Made by a program: the position numbers and the translations under genes
Source of the DNA: Setoptus koraiensis
Taxonomy: Eukaryota; Animalia; Arthropoda
Assembly (NCBI GenBank): GCA_048013815.1
Contig: CM106586.1
Location: 23,994,001-24,058,000, forward strand
Length of the DNA: 64,000 bases
Direction of reading: 5' to 3'
Part shown: piece by piece, positions 63,446-64,000 of the stretch
How the letters are laid out: each line of letters starts with the position of its first letter
Position numbering within the stretch: the first letter of the stretch is position 1
The notes under the pieces: model-generated
The model's database searches: none
Told to the model about the DNA's origin: nothing
The model's input: only the letters and a program-made list of their open reading frames with translations

Positions 63446-64000
63446 TTATGATGATGATTGTCGCAATTTTTGTACTGCAGCACACAGTTCTGGGCCCAAA
63501 AAACCGTAATCTCTTATATATTCCTCCACAATGTCGGGGGGCGGTCTATTATCCTGAATTAAAATAGATAACAATCAATGAGACATAGTTAGCATAACTA
63601 TAAATTTAAATTATTTACAACAACCTAAAGTAATAAACTTACTCTTATAGTGGTGGGTATGGCCTGCGGTCGAAGGAGAATTGTTTTGATATGGTATTCG
63701 GCTGAGCCGCTCTCTATTGTGGCTGGCACCCGTTCAAAGAATGGTCTTATTCTTTCTCCAATCATTTTTAGTCTTCTCAAGAGAAGACTTCTTTGTACTT
63801 CAGAGCCTAGTTCACATAGAGCGGATATAGATCCGTAGTAACTGGAAAGCGGTAGATTGGGATTATCTAATGCCCTGCTCAAAAGGCGAGTTATACGAGT
63901 TTGTAAACAATTTGTTGATGAATTAAAGTTTTTACATATTGTGGATAATAATTTTGAAGCAAAATCTCTTAATGCATAGTGATTATCTTGGTCAGGCCTG
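63446..64000 (-). CDS. TAF6: TAF6 (TFIID subunit 6) 3' part; exons 63643->64000 and 63446-63553; truncated by window edge
   Basis: DNHYALRDFASKLL..IC..F...TN.LQTRIT, YGSISALCELG, GERIR; intron gtaagt...ttcag then DNRPPPDIVEEYIRDYGFLGPELC matches the TAF6 C-terminal HEAT region. Confidence 0.9.

Overview
Eukaryotic (arthropod, probably acariform/eriophyoid-like mite; inferred from gene style, not verified) genomic DNA in two compartments. The left ~40 kb is gene-sparse and microsatellite-rich. It holds a G/A low-complexity start (1-903), a Thr-rich mucin-like ORF, five spliceable 3' exons of a GPI-anchored Ig+FN3 adhesion gene (Klingon/Wrapper-like), a secreted-protein ORF and unresolved exon-like pieces. 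The right ~24 kb is densely packed with mostly intronless genes: long-chain acyl-CoA synthetase, MFSD6-like transporter (plus a deleted partial copy), atypical cystatin, HINFP, WDR55, JNK, a very compact pecanex, a DUF4779-like Lys-rich secreted protein and the 3' end of TAF6. The most notable unexplained element is an ~800-nt non-coding segment between JNK and pecanex (54185-54984). It is closed by a 22/23-bp long-range stem, packed with hairpins, and carries a P4-like pseudoknot pair in RNase P/MRP order, so it is a candidate giant RNase MRP-like RNA. All folds and alignments were done by eye; no searches were run.
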